DNA of 47,771 bases. Source: an uncultured Thermotogae bacterium (GTDB taxonomy: Bacteria > Bipolaricaulota > Bipolaricaulia > UBA7950 > UBA9294). Made by a program: the position numbers and the translations under genes. The stretch is from assembly GCA_964582975.1 (NCBI GenBank), contig CAZOUO010000002.1, positions 1 through 47,771 on the forward strand, given 5' to 3'. Shown one piece after another: positions 42,539 through 47,771 of this stretch. The notes beneath the pieces are model-generated. The model was given only the letters and a program-made list of their open reading frames with translations. It was not told the DNA's origin and did no database searches. The number at the start of each line of letters is the position of its first letter. Within the stretch, counting starts at the first letter, position 1.

Positions 42539-43512
42539 TTCCGGTAAAGAAAACAAGCGACTTCGTGCTCCTCGTCTATCACAAAGGCTGGAGGCTTCTC
42601 TTCACAGATCGCCATCGCGTACTCACATCTTGGCCGGAACCTACACCCCTCGGGGGGATTGCTGTAGTCAGGGATCATACCCTCAATACCTGGCGATACG
42701 CCTTCGCCTGTTAGTTTGGGTACCGACTCAATCAACCCTTGAGTGTATGGATGCTTACGTTGGGAGAAGAGCTGCTTCGTACGAGCAACCTCCGCTAGCT
42801 GCCCCCCATACATCACGCAGGTCCTGTCTGTCAATTCTCTGACGACCCCTAGATTATGGGTTATGATGACAATCGTCAACTGTCTTTTGTTGACGAGTTC
42901 CTTCATTAGGCGCAGGATTTGGTCCTGAATCGTGACATCCAACGCTGTGCTCGGTTCGTCTGCAATGAGAAGTTCTGGCCCGGTAACTAGGGCCATTGCA
43001 ATCAAGACCCGCTGCTGCATTCCCCCACTTAACTGAATCGAATAACTGTTCATATTCCGCTCAGGATCAGGTAACCCAACTTCTTTTAGCGTATTTAGGG
43101 CAAGACGCCTTCTCTCTTTCGCATCTTTGCCCTGCCCTCTTGAACTCGCGGAATGCTTGATAACATCCATAAGTTGAGTGCCAACCTTGAAAACAGGATT
43201 AAGGGACGCAGACGAATCTTGGGGGATAAGCGATATTCTACTCCTGATATCCTTAAGCTCTCGAGCGTTTGCAGTTAGGAGATCCTCCCCCAGGAAACGT
43301 ATCTCTCCACTCGAGATTCTCCCAGGCGGCATGGGCAGTATTCCTAACGTGGCCTGCATCGTAATTGACTTTCCGCATCCAGTTTCTCCTACAATGCCTA
43401 CTTTCTCGCCCTTTCGCACGACCAGGCTAAAGCCATCAAGGACCTTGAAGGTTCCCTCATACATTTCGAAGTCTATCCGTAGATCTCTTACTTCGAGGAT
43501 GGGGCAGGGCAT
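42535..43512 (-). CDS. peptide-type ABC transporter ATP-binding protein (DppD/OppD-like)
   Basis: It has Walker A GETGCGKS, signature LSGGMQQRV, Walker B LIADEPSTALD and a C-terminal PEGCRFRPRC. Confidence 0.9.
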   Translation of the reverse strand: MPCPILEVRDLRIDFEMYEGTFKVLDGFSLVVRKGEKVGIVGETGCGKSITMQATLGILPMPPGRISSGEIRFLGEDLLTANARELKDIRSRISLIPQDSSASLNPVFKVGTQLMDVIKHSASSRGQGKDAKERRRLALNTLKEVGLPDPERNMNSYSIQLSGGMQQRVLIAMALVTGPELLIADEPSTALDVTIQDQILRLMKELVNKRQLTIVIITHNLGVVRELTDRTCVMYGGQLAEVARTKQLFSQRKHPYTQGLIESVPKLTGEGVSPGIEGMIPDYSNPPEGCRFRPRCEYAMAICEEKPPAFVIDEEHEVACFLYRK

Positions 43513-43518
43513 CCGCGG

Positions 43519-44412
43519 TTACACCTCTTCTGCGGTGAGCATATCCCGTAGTCCATCTCCAAGGAGATTGAAGGCCAACACGACGATCAGGATTGCAATG
43601 GCTGGGAAGACCGCTGTCCACCACTGGTCTGGCAAGTACTTCATTCCATCGGCGACCATCGTACCTAGCCCAGGCTTGGGGGGCTGAACACCGAGGCCCA
43701 CAAAGCTCAGAGCGGCACCGAGCAAGATGACCCAACCTACGTCCAAGCTCATCTTGGTAAAGATCGGGGAAATGCAATTGGGAAGAATTTCACGCAGAAG
43801 GATGTGACCTTTTCCTGCTCCGATTACATCGGCGGCCTGCACAAAGAATTCATTCCGCAAGGACGACGTGACGCCGTAGACCAGCCGGCAGTACCAAGGC
43901 CACCACATCAACGAGACAGCAATCATAGAATTGAATAGATTTGGAGTCAATACTGAAGCGATAGCAAGTGCCAACACCAAAGGCGGAATGGAAAGGAAAA
44001 TGTCGGTAATGCGCATGATTACCGTATCAATCCACTTTCCTTTCAAGTATCCGGCAATCAAACCCAGAACAACTCCCGGAGGTACAACAAGGGCCAAGAC
44101 AATCACAGCCATCACCAATGAAAACCTATACCCAAACAATATTCGGCTCAAAACGTCCCTGCCAACTACGTCTGTTCCGAAAGGATGCTTCCAGCTGGGC
44201 GGTTGACTGGCCTCCGCGAAGTTCACAAATCTGCCGGCATGCTTGGGATACGGAGCAATGTAGGGAGCAAATACGGCGAGGAAGACAATCAGAAGTACCG
44301 CAGTCAAACCCACAATGGAAAGAGGATTCCGCGAGAATTTGTGCCACCCTTTTCCTACCCTTTCTCGGTTTCTTACAAGAAAGCCTCTGTATTCGCTCTC
44401 TTCCATGCTCAA
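43519..44412 (-). CDS. ABC transporter permease (DppC/OppC-like)
   Basis: The 297-aa product has the EAA loop QAADVIGAGKGHILLREILPN. Its start forms an ATGA overlap with the upstream gene. Confidence 0.9.
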   Translation of the reverse strand: MSMEESEYRGFLVRNRERVGKGWHKFSRNPLSIVGLTAVLLIVFLAVFAPYIAPYPKHAGRFVNFAEASQPPSWKHPFGTDVVGRDVLSRILFGYRFSLVMAVIVLALVVPPGVVLGLIAGYLKGKWIDTVIMRITDIFLSIPPLVLALAIASVLTPNLFNSMIAVSLMWWPWYCRLVYGVTSSLRNEFFVQAADVIGAGKGHILLREILPNCISPIFTKMSLDVGWVILLGAALSFVGLGVQPPKPGLGTMVADGMKYLPDQWWTAVFPAIAILIVVLAFNLLGDGLRDMLTAEEV

Positions 44413-45440
44413 GACATCCCACTCCTTCCCCGCAAGCGAATTCGCGGGTCGAGATAGGCAACGACAATGTCCACGATAATGTTGACCGTTATGAAGATGA
44501 TGCCAATCACTAACACAACTGCAGTAATGGCATTGAGATCCTTTTGTATCATTGCCTGAATTCCGTATCGAGATAGCCCTGGCCAGTTGAAGACGCCTTC
44601 GACAAGAAACGCGTTACCGAGCAGCGCCGCGAAGTCCAGGGCCATGATTGAGACCGTTGGGATAAGCGATGGCTTGAGAAGATACTTGAGATTGATCACT
44701 CTATCAGGGATGCCCTGAACCTTCTCAATCGCAATATAGGGCTTCAACATATTATCGGTCATGCTCGACCTCGTAATGCGGATCTCTTGCGCCAAGGGCC
44801 CCAAAGCCAACGCCGTCGCAGGCATCAAGAGGTGCTTCAATGCATCAAGAAAAGCAACGAAGTTACCAGTAATGAGACTGTCGATCGTAATCATCCCAGT
44901 CATCACAGGAGGAGGTGTTATCGTGCTTTCAAGCCGTCCCAATGTGGGAAGGATCTTGAAGAGATATCCAAAGAGCAAGAGAAAGAATATCGCAAATACA
45001 AAGGCCGGTGTGGCTACCCCAACATAGGTTCCGACACGAAGGACGTTGTCAATCCACGTGTCACGATATCGGGCCGAGATCGCGCCAAGCAATACACCAA
45101 AAACGCCCATGATCAGACCAGAAAACAGGACGAGCTCCATCGTGGCCGGAAGGAATGTTTTCACATCGATGGCGACGTCGCGACGCGTGTACAGCGATTG
45201 GCCGAAGCTGCCATGAAAAGTGTCTACGAGCCAGTAGTAGTATTGAACATAGAGTGGTTCATCCAGATGCATCCATTCCCGCCACCTCTGTACGACATCC
45301 TCAGGAGCTCGCGGTCCCAGCGCCAATCGAGCAGGATCACCCGGCATCACTCGCGCAATCAAGAAGATAAGGATCGAGAGTCCTACCAAGATCACGAGCG
45401 AATGTCCTAATCGTCGAACAAGATAGGTTGAGAACGCCAT
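44409..45440 (-). CDS. ABC transporter permease (DppB/OppB-like)
   Basis: The 343-aa product starts YLVRRLGHSLVILVGLSILIFLIARVMPGDP and ends with the tail DPRIRLRG. Confidence 0.9.
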   Translation of the reverse strand: MAFSTYLVRRLGHSLVILVGLSILIFLIARVMPGDPARLALGPRAPEDVVQRWREWMHLDEPLYVQYYYWLVDTFHGSFGQSLYTRRDVAIDVKTFLPATMELVLFSGLIMGVFGVLLGAISARYRDTWIDNVLRVGTYVGVATPAFVFAIFFLLLFGYLFKILPTLGRLESTITPPPVMTGMITIDSLITGNFVAFLDALKHLLMPATALALGPLAQEIRITRSSMTDNMLKPYIAIEKVQGIPDRVINLKYLLKPSLIPTVSIMALDFAALLGNAFLVEGVFNWPGLSRYGIQAMIQKDLNAITAVVLVIGIIFITVNIIVDIVVAYLDPRIRLRGRSGMS

Positions 45441-45462
45441 GAGTTGCCCTTTGATCAGAGAG

Positions 45463-45493
45463 GGGCGGGAGCTTGTAGCCCTCTCCCGCCCCA
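45463..45493 (-). promoter_or_regulatory. intercistronic GC-rich stem-loop between the binding-protein and permease genes
   Basis: A perfect 10-bp stem GGGGCGGGAG / CTCCCGCCCC closes an 11-nt loop. No U-tract follows on the sense (minus) strand. Confidence 0.5.
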
Positions 45494-45539
45494 GTAGAGC
45501 TCTTCCGGATTGCCCTCGATTTCCTTCAAATTGGTCCCG

Positions 45540-47150
45540 CTACGGTATTCGGTCGGGGAATACTTCGATGAAGCGACAATCGTTATTGTATCCCATGACA
45601 GGAATAGGATTTTCAAGCTGTGGCCAATTGACGTATGCTGCCTGATAGGCGTGTTTCTCGAACAGCTCAAACAGGAAAATTGTAGGAGCAAGTTCCACTG
45701 CGATTTCCTGAATGAGCCCATATTTCCTGTATCTTTCCCCTATATCCACTGTTGCCAACGCATCATTGATCAACTGGTCGAGTACGTGGCTTACAACCCA
45801 CTCAGCTTGTTCCCACGTACCGGCGGTCTTCGAGTGATACTTGGATTCGATCATCGATCCCGCTTCAGGATAGTGTGGGGCAACGTTGATTGGCATAACA
45901 TGGGGATTCTCGTCCGGGTCTGCAACGACTTCGACGATCTTCCCCCAGGGCATCTTGACCAGTTCGACATTGACGCCGATTTCGTTCGCATTCGCCTGGA
46001 ACAAGAGTCCCACTTTTTCCAGGGCCGGGACGTCGACGTTGATGGCAAAAATGACTGTTGCTTCATCAAGTTGATCGTAGTACTTGGACTTCTGGAGTTC
46101 CTCTCTTGCCTTGTCGAGGTTTTGGTGGTACTGGAAAAGGCCTTCCTTATAGCCGCCAGTTACATGTGCGACAGGCCCGTGTGCCTGCGTTGTCTCCGGA
46201 AAGATGGTAGTGATGATCTGTTCGTAGTCCAACACCCAGGAGAGGGCTTTCCTGAAGTGAATGTCATCGGTCGGCGGTCTCTTGTTGTTAAGCATGAGGT
46301 AGTAGACGTTGCCATTCACCCACTGGGCGATGTCAACTCCCTCTATCCTGGCCATCGATTGGTAGGACTCTTCGGGCTGCCACGCATCCGTTATCTCAAG
46401 CTCCCTTCTGGTAATCATCGTCACGATTGTGACTGGGTCTGGAGAGCGCAAGAACTTTACCTCATCAGCCGCGTTTGGAGCAACCTCCCCCCAGTACTCG
46501 GGGAACCTCTCCATTAGCAGATATTCCTCAAACGGAAACTCCTTTACCATGTAGGCCCCTGATCCTGCGTCGTGGCTGAGGAGGTATTCCTTCCCGTAGT
46601 CTCCAAAATCACCATAGGGACCAGGTTTAATGTTGGCCATGACCACGTCCTCGTTCATCAGGTAGAACCTGATCAGCGAAGCGAGGAAAGGGCCATAGGG
46701 CTGCTTCAGGACTAGCTGAACAGTATACTTGTCAACCACCTTCGCGCTGTCAACCTTGCCTCGGTAGAGATAGGCGTATCCTTCACCAATCTCTAGAAGC
46801 CTGTCCATCGTGAATTTGACGTCTTCGGCTGTCAGCTCGCTGCCGTCATGAAACTTGATGCCTTTTCTTAACTTGAAGGTGTACGTGAGGTTGTCGGTGG
46901 ATATTTCCCAACTCTCAGCTGCGTGTGGTACAACGTCGCCGTCAGGCGTAGGGTAGACCAATGAGTCATACAAGTTAATGACCGCTGAGGAGCTTGAGAA
47001 GTCCGATGCAACTGCCGGATCAATAAACGTTGTCCAAGAGAATCCGATTCGTAGAATAGACTTATCCTGTGCTAATCCGGTTGTGGTTAAACCGAACAGC
47101 AACCCGCTTATCACAACCACTAGGCACAAGAATCTTGCCTTTGTTCTCAT
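45540..47150 (-). CDS. ABC transporter substrate-binding protein, family 5, canonical block order
   Basis: ATG 47150 sits behind GGGAGGGA and is followed by a signal peptide. Then come ILRIGFSWTTFIDPA, AESWEISTDNLTYTFKLRKGIKFHDGSELTAEDVKFT and the C-terminal block. Confidence 0.9.
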   Translation of the reverse strand: MRTKARFLCLVVVISGLLFGLTTTGLAQDKSILRIGFSWTTFIDPAVASDFSSSSAVINLYDSLVYPTPDGDVVPHAAESWEISTDNLTYTFKLRKGIKFHDGSELTAEDVKFTMDRLLEIGEGYAYLYRGKVDSAKVVDKYTVQLVLKQPYGPFLASLIRFYLMNEDVVMANIKPGPYGDFGDYGKEYLLSHDAGSGAYMVKEFPFEEYLLMERFPEYWGEVAPNAADEVKFLRSPDPVTIVTMITRRELEITDAWQPEESYQSMARIEGVDIAQWVNGNVYYLMLNNKRPPTDDIHFRKALSWVLDYEQIITTIFPETTQAHGPVAHVTGGYKEGLFQYHQNLDKAREELQKSKYYDQLDEATVIFAINVDVPALEKVGLLFQANANEIGVNVELVKMPWGKIVEVVADPDENPHVMPINVAPHYPEAGSMIESKYHSKTAGTWEQAEWVVSHVLDQLINDALATVDIGERYRKYGLIQEIAVELAPTIFLFELFEKHAYQAAYVNWPQLENPIPVMGYNNDCRFIEVFPDRIP

Positions 47151-47387
47151 TGTTTATCCCTCCCTCTTCGTCTCTACCTTGTTCGAGCTGTCTTCCCACT
47201 TTCCATATGAGTCAGGTCATCACCCCCTTCGCGGAGTAGGCGTTAAGGCTCAACTCAATTGACTCCTTGTCCCTACGATTATTGACTCAGCCTGCCTAGT
47301 ATCTACTGGCCTTGCCAGATTGTCCGAGTCCCCTAGTCCCCAACCACCTCTTCGTGCTAGTAGTCTGCAAAAGCCCTTGTTTCCTTC

Positions 47388-47771
47388 TCAACCCTTGCCC
47401 AATTGCCGAGCCAGCTCGACAAGCTCTGGGTGCACCACTTTTCCTTCATCCAGCAGCTGTACTCCATCCAACCAAGCTGATGTATTCATGCAGATGCCAT
47501 CGGTATGAGATGGCGCAGAAATGTACTCTCCCTTCTCAGAAAAAAGCGGGCCGACTGCCCCGATTCCCCATTCGGTTGCCCCCCACACTCGCTCGTCTTC
47601 CACGATGTCACCGGTCAGCTTCGCGCCAGGATGCCACGCCCAGCTCACGTGCGCTAATCGGCGCATCTGCGGATGGTTCCAGCTATCCATCCACTGCTCA
47701 AACTCCCTCGCCTCATTGCCTCCTTCCACTTTTACGATCTCGGCTTTTTCAACCGTCATCCGGATCGGTTC
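47388..47771 (-). CDS. C-terminal part of an M29 (aminopeptidase T)/NicX-like protein (5' end outside the window)
   Basis: The ORF is open to the window edge. HVSWAWHPGAKL...GATEWGIG...SHTDGICM...LDGVQLLDEGK resembles the M29-family C-terminus as I remember it. The family call is tentative. Confidence 0.45.
   Translation of the reverse strand, partial: EPIRMTVEKAEIVKVEGGNEAREFEQWMDSWNHPQMRRLAHVSWAWHPGAKLTGDIVEDERVWGATEWGIGAVGPLFSEKGEYISAPSHTDGICMNTSAWLDGVQLLDEGKVVHPELVELARQLGKG

Noticed and set aside
45510-46517. A 335-aa ORF on the plus strand, antisense to the binding-protein gene at 45540-47150.
   Set aside because: It lies wholly inside a well-supported minus-strand gene and has no recognisable motifs. 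Its composition is Cys/Arg/Val-rich and low in information, as is typical of shadow ORFs. The same reasoning applies to 44787-45410, 29995-30615, 25588-26130, 4475-5029 and 684-1241.
1-47771. Mobile elements, prophage, toxin-antitoxin or defence islands.
   Set aside because: No transposase, integrase, recombinase, phage structural, restriction, Cas or abortive-infection-like ORF could be recognised in any frame. The only hint of past integration is the weak tRNA 3'-half-like fragment at 3212-3230.

Overview
The window is a gene-dense, mostly minus-strand stretch of bacterial chromosome. I found no transposase, integrase, CRISPR array or recognisable defence gene. Its content is metabolism and transport, and falls into six parts. 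(1) The left edge holds a patatin-like lipase fragment, a frameshifted M24 Xaa-Pro aminopeptidase, rnc, tRNA-Arg(CCT) and an MFS transporter. (2) Seventeen co-directional genes span 21078 to 4919 with no gap above about 90 nt. This array joins a GntR-controlled catabolic module to a complete coenzyme F420 biosynthesis set. The catabolic module is DUF169-like, GntR/FCD, MmgE/PrpD, a family-5 ABC binding protein with two permeases, an M24 hydrolase, an opine dehydrogenase and an enolase-superfamily enzyme. The F420 set is a Mer-like LLM oxidoreductase, a stand-alone nitroreductase-fold protein, and cofE, cofD, cofC, cofG and cofH. (3) A divergent MFS plus DUF3830-like pair is followed by about 1 kb of non-coding DNA carrying a repeated 20-nt motif. 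(4) An amino-sugar operon runs nagA, then convergently nagB, nanE, a ceramidase-like amidohydrolase, a BadF-type kinase, a SIS protein, a peptide-type ABC importer without ATPases, a Gfo/Idh/MocA oxidoreductase and a GntR/HutC regulator. (5) A lower-GC right-hand part holds a Liv-type ABC system, a DHDPS/NanA-family lyase and a complete Dpp/Opp-type ABC system. (6) The right edge holds an M29-like fragment. The most unusual observations are these. The binding protein at 16518-18197 has its family-5 sequence blocks in circularly permuted order relative to its two paralogs in this window. The catabolic module is physically fused to the F420 cluster. A ceramidase-fold enzyme sits inside the amino-sugar operon. 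A 55-codon relic of an aldehyde:ferredoxin oxidoreductase N-terminus is wedged between nanE and nagB. A promoter-like motif family (TTGACA-N17-GAAAGT and GAGTTCGAAAGTNGTCCA) recurs in the two large non-coding gaps. All functional calls rest on motif recognition by eye, because no database search was possible. The ORF track writes M for GTG and TTG starts, so several start codons are uncertain.
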